Source of the DNA: Candidatus Dormiibacterota bacterium | GTDB lineage: Bacteria > Chloroflexota > Dormibacteria > CF-121 | Reading direction: 5' to 3' | Assembly: GCA_036269255.1 (NCBI GenBank) | Contig: DATASI010000121.1 | Location: 7,875 to 71,874 of the forward strand | Length of the DNA stretch: 64,000 nucleotides | Shown here: positions 43,474-53,096 of the stretch, piece by piece | Position numbering within the stretch: position 1 is the first letter of the stretch | How the letters are laid out: each line of letters begins with the position of its first letter | The notes under the pieces: model-generated | The model's input: only the letters and a program-made list of their open reading frames with translations | Told to the model about the DNA's origin: nothing | Database searches by the model: none | Translations under genes and position numbers: made by a program

Positions 43474-45995
43474 AGGCGGTGGTGATGGCGGGCGGCGAGG
43501 GGTCGCGGCTGCGGCCGTTGACCAGCGGCATCCCGAAGCCGCTGGTGCCGGTCGTGGGCAAGCCGGTGATGGAGCACATCCTGCGGCTGTTGCGGCAGCA
43601 TGGCATCACCGACGTGATCGTGACGCTGCAGTACCTCGGCTCGGCGATCCGTGACTACTTCGGTGACGGCTCCGATTTCGGGGTGGACATCACCTACGTC
43701 GTCGAGGACTCGCCGCTGGGAACCGCCGGCAGTGTCAAGAACGCGCAGGAGTTCCTCGACGAGCCGTTCATCGTCATCAGCGGCGATGCCCTGACGGACA
43801 TCGACCTCGGCCAGGTGATGGCGTATCACCGGGAGAAAGGCGCGCAGGCCACCATCGTGCTCACCTCGGTCTCGAACCCACTCGAGTTCGGCGTGGTGAT
43901 CACCAACCCGGACGGCACCATCAACCGGTTTTTGGAGAAGCCATCCTGGGGCGAGGTCTTCTCAGACCAGGTGAACACCGGCATCTATGTGATCGAGCCG
44001 GCCGTGCTCGACCTCTTGCCGCCGGCCGCGGTGGTGGACTGGAGCAGCGACGTCTTTCCCAAGATGCTGGCCAACGGGTTGCCGCTGTACGGCTATCTGG
44101 CCGGCGGCTACTGGTGCGACATCGGCAACATTCAGACCTATTACCAGGCGAACTGGGATGCGCTCGAGGGACGGGTCGATCTCGAGATTCCCGGTGAGCG
44201 GCGGCACGGCAATGTCTGGATGGGAGAGAACGTCGAAGTCGGCCTCGGGGTTCGCATCGAAGGCCCCGCCTATATCGGCAACGACTCCAAGCTCAAGGCG
44301 GGCGTCTTCATCAACGGCCCGGTTTGCATCGGCAACTTCTCGGTGGTCGATGAGAACACCAAGGTCAGCAATTCGGTGGTGTGGACCTATTCCTACCTGG
44401 GAGAGAATTCGCGACTGCGGCAGGCGATCGTCTGCCGGCACGCCACCATCAAGAACAACTGCTTGCTGGAAGAAGGTGCCGTCATCGGCGACGACGTGGT
44501 GGTCGGCGAAGGCACCACGATCGACGCCGGCGTCAAGATCTGGCCGGACAAGGAAATCGAGCCGGGATCAACCGTGCACGAGAGCATCATCTGGGCCGGT
44601 CACTACAAGCGGGGGCTGTTCTCTTCCTACGGGCTGGTCGGCCTGGTCAACATCGAGCTGACCCCCGAGTACTGCGCGCGGCTGGGGGCGTCGTTTGCGG
44701 CGCTCTTTCCCAAGGGAGCGGCGATCGGCGCCGCCCGGGATGGCCAGCGGCCGTCGCGGATGATCAAGCGTGCGATGATCGCGGGGATGATGTCGTCCGG
44801 CGCCGAGATCATCGATCTGAGCGAGCTCCCGATTCCGGTGGTGCAGTACTACACCCGCGAGCATCCGATCGCCGGCTCGGTTCATGTGCAGATGTCGCCG
44901 CTCGACAGCCGCTCGGCCGACATCCGGATGTTCGACAGCAACGGTGTCGTGCTGGACAAGCGAGCCGAGCGCAAGCTGGAGAACATCTTCTTCCGCGAGG
45001 ACATCCGGCGGGTTCACTTCTACGAGATGGGTGACATCAGCTACCCGCAAGACACGATCGACTCCTACATTGACGGGCTCGTTGGGCAGATCGATGTCGA
45101 GGCGGTCCGCCAGGCGCATCAGAAAGTGCTGGTCGATTTCGATCACGGCAGTGCCTCACTGGTGCTGCCGCGGCTGTTCAAGGAACTCAACATCGAGGCC
45201 ATCCCGCTCAATGCCGGCTTCGACGAAACCTATCAATCGAAGACGAATGAAGCCTTCGACGAAGCGCGCCGGCAATCGGCGCTGATCACGCGCACGCTCG
45301 GCTGCAATCTGGGCGCCTACATCGACTACGGGTCGGAGCGGATTTTCTTGATCGACGAACAGGGCGAGCTGCTCGACCACCATGAGGCGCTCGGGGTCAT
45401 CGGCTTGCTGGCGCTCAAGAGCAAGCCCGGCGTCCTGGTGGCGCCGGCGACGGTGCCGCAGACGATCGCCGCGCTGGTCCGGCAGCTCCCGGGATCGCAT
45501 TTCGTGCCGGGCAAAGCCGAGCCCGCCGCGTTGCTGCGGGCCGCCCAGCAGCACCAGGCCCGGCTCGCCTCCGATGCGAATGGCGGCTACGCCTTTCCCG
45601 ACCACCTGCTTGGCTTCGACGCCATCTTTAGCTTGATCAAATTGCTCGAGCTGCTGGCGAAGGACGGCCGGCCGGTCTCAGTGGTGCGTCAGGAGATTCC
45701 GCGGGCCGCCTACGAGCACCGGCTCCAGACCGTGCCCTGGGACGCCAAAGGCCGCGTGATGCGCACCATGGTCGAGATGCACCGGGATGCGCCGGTCGAC
45801 CTGGCGGATGGGATCAAGGTGTTCGTCGACGGTGGGTGGGTTCTGGTGCTGCCCGATCCGGATATGCCGCGCTATCACATCATCGTGAGCATGGATGACT
45901 CGCAGCGCGCCCGCGACCTGGCGGACCGGTACACCGCGCTGGTCAAGACGGCTGTTGGTCAAGGCTCGACTGGCCTCCCCCCCGCGCCGAACTGA
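43470..45995 (+). CDS. Bifunctional-architecture protein: an N-terminal sugar-1-phosphate nucleotidyltransferase (GDP-mannose pyrophosphorylase-like, with a left-handed beta-helix) fused to a C-terminal phosphohexomutase-fold domain with apparently degenerate catalytic motifs
   Basis: The N-terminus is [15 protein letters not shown] plus hexapeptide repeats. The C-terminal domain aligns to PMM/PGM, but QMSPLD replaces TASHNP and DYGSER replaces DGDGDR. The GTG start overlaps the GalT stop (GTGA). Confidence 0.75.
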   Translation: MKAVVMAGGEGSRLRPLTSGIPKPLVPVVGKPVMEHILRLLRQHGITDVIVTLQYLGSAIRDYFGDGSDFGVDITYVVEDSPLGTAGSVKNAQEFLDEPFIVISGDALTDIDLGQVMAYHREKGAQATIVLTSVSNPLEFGVVITNPDGTINRFLEKPSWGEVFSDQVNTGIYVIEPAVLDLLPPAAVVDWSSDVFPKMLANGLPLYGYLAGGYWCDIGNIQTYYQANWDALEGRVDLEIPGERRHGNVWMGENVEVGLGVRIEGPAYIGNDSKLKAGVFINGPVCIGNFSVVDENTKVSNSVVWTYSYLGENSRLRQAIVCRHATIKNNCLLEEGAVIGDDVVVGEGTTIDAGVKIWPDKEIEPGSTVHESIIWAGHYKRGLFSSYGLVGLVNIELTPEYCARLGASFAALFPKGAAIGAARDGQRPSRMIKRAMIAGMMSSGAEIIDLSELPIPVVQYYTREHPIAGSVHVQMSPLDSRSADIRMFDSNGVVLDKRAERKLENIFFREDIRRVHFYEMGDISYPQDTIDSYIDGLVGQIDVEAVRQAHQKVLVDFDHGSASLVLPRLFKELNIEAIPLNAGFDETYQSKTNEAFDEARRQSALITRTLGCNLGAYIDYGSERIFLIDEQGELLDHHEALGVIGLLALKSKPGVLVAPATVPQTIAALVRQLPGSHFVPGKAEPAALLRAAQQHQARLASDANGGYAFPDHLLGFDAIFSLIKLLELLAKDGRPVSVVRQEIPRAAYEHRLQTVPWDAKGRVMRTMVEMHRDAPVDLADGIKVFVDGGWVLVLPDPDMPRYHIIVSMDDSQRARDLADRYTALVKTAVGQGSTGLPPAPN

Positions 45996-46041
45996 TCGGT
46001 TCATTCGAACCGCCCCGTTCTTTCGGGCGCTGCCCGAGAAG

Positions 46042-46452
46042 GTGAAGGCCGGCCTGCCACCGGCGATGAGGGACGTGAAGCATCGCGTGCGGTCGAGCCA
46101 GACGCAGTGGTGGTTCGACGACCCGCGGCTTCATGTCGAGGCCTGGTGGCATGCGAAGACCGGCCGGCTGGAGCTGGGTCTGCACCTGGAGGGCCCACCC
46201 GAGCTCAACGAGCGGATCGCCGTCGGGCTGTCGCGTCGGCTGCTGATGATCAAGGCCCGGCTGGGCGAGCGCCTCGACCTGGAACCATGGGACAAGGGCT
46301 GGGTGCGGTTGTATGAAACGCATGCCGTGGAGGGCTTCGATGCCGCTCGGCTGGCGGCGACGGCCCGGCGCGTCGCCGAGTTGATCGAGGTCCTCTGGCC
46401 GATGTGCGCGGAGTTGCGGCGAGGTAAAATCCGCCTAGCCGAGCGGGTGTAA
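46042..46452 (+). CDS. Hypothetical protein
   Basis: The ORF lies downstream of the fusion gene. Candidate starts are GTG 46042 and ATG 46066. The 3' end overlaps the first 9 nt of tRNA-Gly, which is suspicious. Confidence 0.35.
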   Translation: MKAGLPPAMRDVKHRVRSSQTQWWFDDPRLHVEAWWHAKTGRLELGLHLEGPPELNERIAVGLSRRLLMIKARLGERLDLEPWDKGWVRLYETHAVEGFDAARLAATARRVAELIEVLWPMCAELRRGKIRLAERV

Positions 46453-46515
46453 CTCAGCTGGTAGAGTGCAACCTTCCCAAGGTTGAAGTCGCGAGTTCGA
46501 GTCTCGTCACCCGCT
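46444..46515 (+). tRNA. tRNA-Gly (anticodon CCC)
   Basis: Cloverleaf: acceptor GCGGGTG/CACCCGC, D-arm TAACTCAGCTGGTAGAGTG, anticodon stem CAACC/GGTTG with loop TTCCCAA, T-arm GCGAGTTCGAGTCTCGT. CCA is not encoded. Confidence 0.85.
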
Positions 46516-46542
46516 TTGCCTTTGCCGTTTTGCGGGGGTTGG

Positions 46543-46932
46543 CTACCGTTTTAGGAGCGTAAGGGTGAGCAATCCATCGACTTCGGTTGCGAGCCGGACG
46601 GCGCCCATTCCGTAGTCGTCTATCAGTTCGTACTCCAACCCGCGCTCGCGGGCTAACTCCCTTATCTCCGCACTCTCCTTAACCAGTGCCTGGATCGTGG
46701 CCTTACCTCGTTCCAGGTCCGCGATCGCGCGTTCTCTTGTGACGTTCTCTGCCTGCCACGATGATTGGATCCTCGCTTTCAGCCGGCCAAGCGCCGGCTG
46801 TGGTCCGCGATACTCCCTCAGGGTGAGGCCGATCGCGCGGTAGATGACGTATCCGCCATCGCGAATCATGGCAATGGCGGCCGACCAGTTGGGTCCGCCC
46901 ACCGCTTCCACCGACAATGCGCCTCGATCCAT
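46543..46932 (-). CDS. Hypothetical protein in a lower-GC tRNA-adjacent segment
   Basis: A 129-aa ORF with no recognised domain. Local GC content is visibly lower than in the flanking regions. Confidence 0.4.
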   Translation of the reverse strand: MDRGALSVEAVGGPNWSAAIAMIRDGGYVIYRAIGLTLREYRGPQPALGRLKARIQSSWQAENVTRERAIADLERGKATIQALVKESAEIRELARERGLEYELIDDYGMGAVRLATEVDGLLTLTLLKR

Positions 46933-46956
46933 GTTGGGTGGGTCCGGCCGGATCCC

Positions 46957-47331
46957 TCAGGGCTCGTCCTTGCTCTCGGCGGCAGCGGCTTGTATGACAC
47001 AGAAGACCTTCCCCTCCGGGTCCGCCAGGATCACATAGTCCTCGCCCGGGTCAGGCAGCCGTTTGACCGTTGCCCCGAGCCGGACCAGCCGGTCGACTTC
47101 GGCCTTCTGGTCGGTCGCGTACAGGTCGAGGTGCGTCCGATTCCTGCCGAACTTCAGTTCGTCGGTGTCCTGGACTGACAGGTTCGGGCTGCGGCCGGTC
47201 GGGTCGTGAAGGATGGCGAAGTCCCCCTCGGCGGTCCTCCGCACCTGATATCCGAGTGCCTGTTGCCAGAAGGCGATCGTCGTTTCGAAGTCGTCACAAT
47301 TGATCACGACCGACCCGATTCGCAGTCCCAT
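46957..47331 (-). CDS. VOC-family (glyoxalase/bleomycin-resistance/dioxygenase fold) protein
   Basis: 124 aa (…IGSVVINCDDFETTIAFWQQALGY…HLDLYATD…KVFCV…). Confidence 0.7.
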   Translation of the reverse strand: MGLRIGSVVINCDDFETTIAFWQQALGYQVRRTAEGDFAILHDPTGRSPNLSVQDTDELKFGRNRTHLDLYATDQKAEVDRLVRLGATVKRLPDPGEDYVILADPEGKVFCVIQAAAAESKDEP

Positions 47332-47384
47332 AGACTAATTTTGCGTTAGCCGCCGCTTAGCCCGGGGCTACCTATACTATTCCA

Positions 47385-49607
47385 GTGGAAGCACCCCCCA
47401 AGTCCCCGGTGTCCGCGCCTGTCCGCGACGCCGACATAGCACCGTCAGGCCAGCCAGAGCCCAGTTCGACACCCTCCGTCCAGGAGTCTCAGGCCGGCCA
47501 GGCGCCGACCCTCGTCGACGGTCACCCGGCGAGCTCCGGCGCCCGCCAACGCTACATCAACCGGGAGCTCTCCCAGCTCGACTTCGACGAGCGAGTGCTC
47601 GCCATGGCGGAAGATCGATCGCGCCCGCTTCTGGAGCGGGTCCGGTTCCTCGCCATCCTGGGCGAGAACGTCGACCAGTTCTTCCAGGTGCGGGTCGCCG
47701 GACTCAAGGAACAGTTGCACGCGGCGCTGCCGCAGACGTCCCCGGACGGTATGACCACCGGCGAGCAACTTCGCGCCATCCATGAGCGCGCTGACGGCCT
47801 GCTGAAGGTGAGTACCCGTCTCTTCACCGAAGACGTGGCGCCCGCCCTCGACCGGCACGGCGTGTGCGTCGCCGGCGTCGGCAACCTCGATGACGCTGAC
47901 CGCGATTACCTGGCCGCGGAATTCGAGGCGCGCATCTTCCCGGTGTTGACTCCTCTCGCCGTCGATCCGGCGCACCCATTCCCCTACATCTCCCATCTGT
48001 CGCTGAACCTCGCCGTCATGGTTCGAGACCCCGTCAACCGGGAGATGCGGTTCGCGCGCGTCAAGGTTCCGCCGCTGCTCCCGCGCTTCATTCCGCTGCC
48101 GGATGGTAAGCGGTTCATTCCGCTCGAGCAGGTGATCTCCCTCCACGTCGACGAGCTCTTTCCCGGGATGGACATCGTCAGTCAGCATCCCTTCCGGGTG
48201 ACCCGCGACGCCGACCTCGACGTGGTCGACGAGGAGGCCGCCGACCTTTTGGCGGCGATTCAGAGCGAGCTCCGCCGGCAGCAGCGCCGCGCGCAGGTGG
48301 TCCGACTCGAGGTCGACGCCGGGATGTCGGAAGAGGTGCTCGACCTGCTGGTTCGCGAGCTCGAGCTGGAGCCGACCGACGTCTACCGGGTCGAAGGACT
48401 GCTCGACCTCAGCAGCCTGTGGGCGCTCTATGCGCTGGATCGGCCAGATCTCAAGGATGACCCCTGGACCCCGGTGACGCAGCTGCGGCTGAAAGGCCCG
48501 GGTGGTGCACCGGCGGACATCTTCAAGGTTCTCGAGGACGGCGACGTGCTCGTGCACCATCCCTATGACTCCTTTGCCAGCTCGGCGGAGGCCTTCATCG
48601 AGCAGGCCGCGCAGGACCCGGACGTCCTCGCCATCAAGCAGACGCTCTACCGAACCTCGGGTCCGGTCAGCCCGATCGTGCGCTCCCTGATCGGCGCGGC
48701 CGAGAGCGGCAAGCAGGTCGTTGCCTTGGTCGAACTCAAGGCCCGCGGCGACGAGCGCGCGAATATCGCCTGGGCCCAGGCGCTGGAGCAGGTCGGCGTC
48801 CACGTCGTCTACGGCGTCGTGGGATTGAAGACGCACGCCAAGGTGGCGCTGGTGGTCCGGCGGGAAGCCGAGGGCATTCGTCGCTACGTGCACGTCGGGA
48901 CCGGCAACTACAACCCGAAGACCGCCCAGATCTACGAGGACGTGGGACTTCTCTCGGCTGATCCCGAGCTCGGCAACGACGTGGCCGAACTCTTCAATTT
49001 CCTGACCGGGTACAGCCGTCAGCGGCGGTTCGGCCGGCTGCTGGTCGCGCCGATGGGGCTGCGGGCCAACATCATCCGCATGATTCGCCTGGAGGCCGGC
49101 CGGCCGGGGGGCGGCCGGATCGTGCTCAAGGTCAACGCCCTGGTCGATCCGGAGATCGTCGACGTCCTCTACGAGGCCTCGCAGGCGGGAACCCAGATCG
49201 ATCTCATCGTGCGTGGCATCTGCAGTCTGCGGCCCGGCGTCCCTGGGCTCTCCGAAAATATTCGGGTTCGGTCACTGGTCGGCCGCTTCCTCGAACACTC
49301 GCGCGTCTTCCGCTTTGGCCCGGATGGCGATGAAGCCGCCTACTATCTCGGGTCGTCAGACCTGATGCCTCGCAACCTCGACCGCCGCGTCGAGGCGATG
49401 GTTCCCGTGCTGGATCGCCGGCTGCAGCAGCGTCTCGATCAGGTGATCGAGGTGGAACTCAAGGATGACGTGCTCGCCTGGACTCTCCATGCAGATGGGT
49501 CCTGGACCAAAGTCGAAACCGTCGAGGGCGTCAATGCCCAGCGGGTTTTCGAAAAGCTCGCCACCGAGCGGGCCGTCAGCTCGACGAACGGGTCCCTGGA
49601 TGCTTGA
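47385..49607 (+). CDS. ppk: Polyphosphate kinase 1
   Basis: PPK1 N-terminal, head and two PLD-like C-terminal domains (…RYINRELSQLDFDERVL…, …HAKVALVVRRE…, …HSRVFRF…). There is a low-complexity roughly 50-aa N-terminal extension. Confidence 0.9.
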   Translation: MEAPPKSPVSAPVRDADIAPSGQPEPSSTPSVQESQAGQAPTLVDGHPASSGARQRYINRELSQLDFDERVLAMAEDRSRPLLERVRFLAILGENVDQFFQVRVAGLKEQLHAALPQTSPDGMTTGEQLRAIHERADGLLKVSTRLFTEDVAPALDRHGVCVAGVGNLDDADRDYLAAEFEARIFPVLTPLAVDPAHPFPYISHLSLNLAVMVRDPVNREMRFARVKVPPLLPRFIPLPDGKRFIPLEQVISLHVDELFPGMDIVSQHPFRVTRDADLDVVDEEAADLLAAIQSELRRQQRRAQVVRLEVDAGMSEEVLDLLVRELELEPTDVYRVEGLLDLSSLWALYALDRPDLKDDPWTPVTQLRLKGPGGAPADIFKVLEDGDVLVHHPYDSFASSAEAFIEQAAQDPDVLAIKQTLYRTSGPVSPIVRSLIGAAESGKQVVALVELKARGDERANIAWAQALEQVGVHVVYGVVGLKTHAKVALVVRREAEGIRRYVHVGTGNYNPKTAQIYEDVGLLSADPELGNDVAELFNFLTGYSRQRRFGRLLVAPMGLRANIIRMIRLEAGRPGGGRIVLKVNALVDPEIVDVLYEASQAGTQIDLIVRGICSLRPGVPGLSENIRVRSLVGRFLEHSRVFRFGPDGDEAAYYLGSSDLMPRNLDRRVEAMVPVLDRRLQQRLDQVIEVELKDDVLAWTLHADGSWTKVETVEGVNAQRVFEKLATERAVSSTNGSLDA

Positions 49608-51078
49608 ACGCGAGGTCAAACTCGCGGTCCCGCCTTCCTTCAGCCTTCCCGACCTCGGCGACCTCGGCGCGGCCATCCATACCTCGCCCGTTGACGAACG
49701 GCGATTGGAGACCGTCTACTACGACTCGCCCGATCTGCGCCTGACCCGCTGGGGATGCAGCCTGCGGTTGCGCCAGGGTGAAGGCTGGACGCTCAAGCTT
49801 CCCGTCTCCGGCGACCATGTCGCGCTGACCCGCCGCGAGCTCGAGTTCCCAAACCGCGAAAGCCGTCCGCCCGACGCCGCCGTTGCCCTGGTTCTGGGCT
49901 ACGTGCGTAAAAGCACCCTGGTGCCGGTGGTCAGCCTTTCAACCTTGCGGCGCAAGCTCCAGCTTTTAACCGGCGACGGGACGGTCCTTGCCGAGGTGGT
50001 CGACGACGATGTTTCGGTGATCCAGGGGCTTCGCGTCCAGAATCGCTTTCGCGAAATCGAGGTTGAGCTGCGCGACCCCTCCGCCGAAGCGCTGCTGCAA
50101 CCGATCCTTTCGCGCCTGCGTGGGGCCGGGGCTGCCGATGAAGGACAGACCTCAAAGCTCATTCGCGCGCTGGGCGCCCGGGCAACCGCCCCGCCCGAAG
50201 TCGACCCCTTGCCGATCGGCTCCGCCCCCACCACCGCCGAGCTGGTTCGCCACGTGATCGGATCGTCGGTCTCGAGCCTGCTCCAGCACGACCCGGGAGT
50301 GCGTCTCGGTGACGACCCCGAAGACGTCCATCGGGCTCGCGTCGCAACGCGGCGACTGCGGTCGCAGCTGCGCACCTTCCGGACCGTGCTCGAGCCGGAC
50401 TGGACGGCGACCATCCGGGAGGACCTTCGCTGGTTGGGCGGCGGGCTGGGGACGGTGCGCGACAAACAGGTCTTAAGCCAGCGGCTCCGCGGGCGTGCCG
50501 CGGCCCTCGACAAGGCCGACGCCCCGGCGGTCGCGGAGCTCGCCGACGAGCTCGAGGCGGAAAGCCAGGAGGCAAGGGGACGCCTGGTGCTCGACATGCG
50601 TTCAGAGCGTTACCTCGAGATCATCGAGCGCCTGATCGAGGCGTCACGCTCTCCCCGCGTCACCGATGCCGGCCAGCAACCCGCATCATCGCTGATGTCC
50701 TCCCTTGTCCGGCGGGACTGGAAGCGCTTGCGCAAGGGGGTCTCGAAGCTGCCGGAGGTCCCATCCGACGCGGAGCTGCACCGCATTCGCATCATGGCAA
50801 AACGCCTGCGCTACGCGGCGGAGGCCGCTGAGCCGATCGCCGGCAAGGATGCGACACGGCAGGCTGAGGCGGCCACCCAACTGCAGGACGTGCTCGGTGA
50901 TCACCAGGACAGTGTCACTGCGCAACGGTGGCTGCGTCAGGCGACGCAGGGCCCGCAGGCCTTCGCGGCCGGCGAGCTGACCGCCATGGAACGGGCGGCG
51001 GCGCTGGAGGATCGGGTCGAATGGCATCGCGCCTGGAAAAAACTTTCCCGCAGACGACTCAGAAAGTGGATGATATAA
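49600..51078 (+). CDS. CYTH-domain (triphosphate tunnel metalloenzyme) plus CHAD-domain protein
   Basis: The ATG at 49600 overlaps the ppk stop by 8 nt. It opens with MLEREVKL (ExExK CYTH signature). The C-terminal helical CHAD region carries conserved His/Arg (…VHRARVATRRLRS…HRIRIMAKRLRYAAE…). Confidence 0.8.
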   Translation: MLEREVKLAVPPSFSLPDLGDLGAAIHTSPVDERRLETVYYDSPDLRLTRWGCSLRLRQGEGWTLKLPVSGDHVALTRRELEFPNRESRPPDAAVALVLGYVRKSTLVPVVSLSTLRRKLQLLTGDGTVLAEVVDDDVSVIQGLRVQNRFREIEVELRDPSAEALLQPILSRLRGAGAADEGQTSKLIRALGARATAPPEVDPLPIGSAPTTAELVRHVIGSSVSSLLQHDPGVRLGDDPEDVHRARVATRRLRSQLRTFRTVLEPDWTATIREDLRWLGGGLGTVRDKQVLSQRLRGRAAALDKADAPAVAELADELEAESQEARGRLVLDMRSERYLEIIERLIEASRSPRVTDAGQQPASSLMSSLVRRDWKRLRKGVSKLPEVPSDAELHRIRIMAKRLRYAAEAAEPIAGKDATRQAEAATQLQDVLGDHQDSVTAQRWLRQATQGPQAFAAGELTAMERAAALEDRVEWHRAWKKLSRRRLRKWMI

Positions 51079-51134
51079 GGGAGGCCGCGTCGATCAAGCA
51101 ATCGTGGCAGCAACAAACCGCGCAAGGGGTGTCC

Positions 51135-51569
51135 ATGGCAGCAAAGATCCTGAATGTCGATGAGGCCAAGCTGGTTCGCGCCGCAGGTGGCGTGGTTCGT
51201 AAGAACGGATCACGCGGGCCGATCAGGCTGGCGATCGTACACCGGCCGGGGTATGACGATTGGTCGTTTCCCAAAGGTAAGCTCGATCGTGGTGAGACCC
51301 TCGAGGAGGCCGCGCTCCGAGAGGTAGAGGAGGAGACGGGTCTGCGCTGCCGCCTGGTCAGCGCCCTCGGTTGCACCGCCTACTCCGACCACAAGGGCCG
51401 TGACAAGGTGGCCTGCTACTACTTGATGGATGTCGTCGGCGGGCGATTCCAGGCAGGCAGTGAGGTCGATGAAGTCCGTTGGGTGACGGTGGACGAGGCG
51501 ATGGATCTGCTCAGCTACCGCCGCGACCGCGCGCTGCTTCGCGCCTTCGACCTCGCCGAAACGGGCTAA
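51135..51569 (+). CDS. NUDIX hydrolase
   Basis: Nudix box GKLDRGETLEEAALREVEEETG. The start is the internal ATG 51135 with an AAGGGG Shine-Dalgarno. The ORF-track upstream extension overlaps the CHAD gene. Confidence 0.8.
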   Translation: MAAKILNVDEAKLVRAAGGVVRKNGSRGPIRLAIVHRPGYDDWSFPKGKLDRGETLEEAALREVEEETGLRCRLVSALGCTAYSDHKGRDKVACYYLMDVVGGRFQAGSEVDEVRWVTVDEAMDLLSYRRDRALLRAFDLAETG

Positions 51570-51576
51570 CCGCTTC

Positions 51577-52035
51577 TTGCCGGTCTACGTCGTCCGGCAT
51601 GCCAAAGCCGGTGACCGTTCGGAATGGCAAGGGGATGACCGGCTCAGGCCCTTGACCAAGGCGGGCAGCAAGCAGGCGGAAGCGCTGGCGCAACAGCTGC
51701 GGGACGAACCTCTGGACGAAATCCGCTCGAGCGCCTATGTGCGCTGCATGCAAACGGTTGAGCCCCTGGCGAAGGCGCGAGGGTTGCCGGTCCAACCGGA
51801 ACCACTCCTCGAAGAAGGAGCCGGCGGGGAGAGCGTGCTGCGGCTCATCAAGCAGCGGCCGGGCCGCCGGCTCGTCCTCTGCACCCACGGCGACGTCGTC
51901 GAGGAGCTGCTCGAGCTGCTGGTCGAGCGAGGCCTGCTGTCCCGATCACGGCTTGCCAATGAGAAGGGTGGCACCTGGGTCCTCGAGGAACGCAACGGCG
52001 ATGTCTCCGGCGCCAGCTATCGGGCCGCGCCCTGA
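51577..52035 (+). CDS. Histidine-phosphatase-superfamily protein (SixA/phosphoglycerate-mutase-like)
   Basis: RHAKA catalytic RHG-type motif at the N-terminus and a C-terminal …LCTHGDVV… motif. The start codon is TTG. Confidence 0.75.
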   Translation: MPVYVVRHAKAGDRSEWQGDDRLRPLTKAGSKQAEALAQQLRDEPLDEIRSSAYVRCMQTVEPLAKARGLPVQPEPLLEEGAGGESVLRLIKQRPGRRLVLCTHGDVVEELLELLVERGLLSRSRLANEKGGTWVLEERNGDVSGASYRAAP

Positions 52036-52042
52036 AGCGGGC

Positions 52043-52870
52043 TTAGCCGAACTTTCCGCTGATGTAGTCGCGGGTCCGCTCGTCCGCGGCATCGTCGAAA
52101 ATCTTCCGGGTGTCACCGAACTCGATCAGTTCCCCGTAGCGGTGAAACGGCTCGATCAACATGAAGGCGGTATAGTCGGCCAGCCGTCGAGCCTGCTGCA
52201 TGTTGTGGGTGACGATCGCCACCGTGTAGGACGTAGCCAGCTGCCGGATCAGCTCCTCGACACGCATCGTCGAGATCGGGTCCAGCGCCGAGCAGGGTTC
52301 ATCCATCAGGATGACTTCCGGCTTCACCGCGATGCAGCGCGCGATGCAGAGGCGCTGCTGCTGTCCGCCCGACATCGAGGTGGCAGACCGATTGAGGCCA
52401 TCGCTGACGTCGTCCCAGAGCCCGGCAACGGTCAGGCTTTCCCGAACCGCCGCGTCGATCGCGTCCTTGCTCCAGCCCATCAGCCGCGGACCGTAGGCGA
52501 CATTGTCGTAAATCGACATGCGAAACGGATTGGCGCGCTGGAACACCATGCCGACGCGCCGGCGTAGCTGCTGGAGGTTGCCCATGGTGGTCACCTCTTC
52601 GTGGCCGAGCCGGATCGAGCCCTTGACGCGGGCACCGGGGGTGAGTTCGTACATCCGATTGAAGGTGGACAGCAAGGTGCTCTTGCCGCAGCCGGACGGT
52701 CCGATCAGGGCCGTGATCCTCCCCTCGGCGATCGAGAGGCTGACCTCATTCAGGGCGCGGAAGCTGCCGTAGAAGAAGGAGAGATTGGACGCGCGCAGCT
52801 TGACCCGTTGATTGGCCAAGGCGGCGTCGCCGGACACAACCTGGCGCGTCTGAAGCCGTGGCTGTGCCAA
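52043..52870 (-). CDS. pstB: Phosphate ABC transporter ATP-binding protein PstB (orphan second copy)
   Basis: GPSGCGKST, SGGQQQRLCIARCIA and ILMDEPCSALDP motifs are present. Across its aligned core it is about 60 % identical to the in-operon PstB at 57262. Confidence 0.88.
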   Translation of the reverse strand: MAQPRLQTRQVVSGDAALANQRVKLRASNLSFFYGSFRALNEVSLSIAEGRITALIGPSGCGKSTLLSTFNRMYELTPGARVKGSIRLGHEEVTTMGNLQQLRRRVGMVFQRANPFRMSIYDNVAYGPRLMGWSKDAIDAAVRESLTVAGLWDDVSDGLNRSATSMSGGQQQRLCIARCIAVKPEVILMDEPCSALDPISTMRVEELIRQLATSYTVAIVTHNMQQARRLADYTAFMLIEPFHRYGELIEFGDTRKIFDDAADERTRDYISGKFG

Positions 52871-53035
52871 TGCCTTACCTTCCTCGAACGACAGACTAGG
52901 CGGGCGCGATTAAGGCCGCGTTATCGACAGGTTAAGACGGCGAGCTCCGAAACTTTAATCTGCGGTCTCCCGCGCCTTTACCGGGCGACTCTACCGTAGG
53001 CGTTGACGATTCGGACGCCCGGTTTCCCTTTCCGA

Positions 53036-53077
53036 GCCGCTCCCAGGCTCTCCCCCGTGGGAGCGGCTTTCTTTTAT
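53036..53077 (+). terminator. Intrinsic-terminator-like hairpin in the pstB/sensor-kinase intergenic region
   Basis: A 9-bp stem GCCGCTCCC…GGGAGCGGC with a 14-nt loop is followed by TTTCTTTTAT. No + strand CDS lies upstream of it. Confidence 0.5.
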
Positions 53078-53096
53078 CTGCTAGATTCCGCGACGC

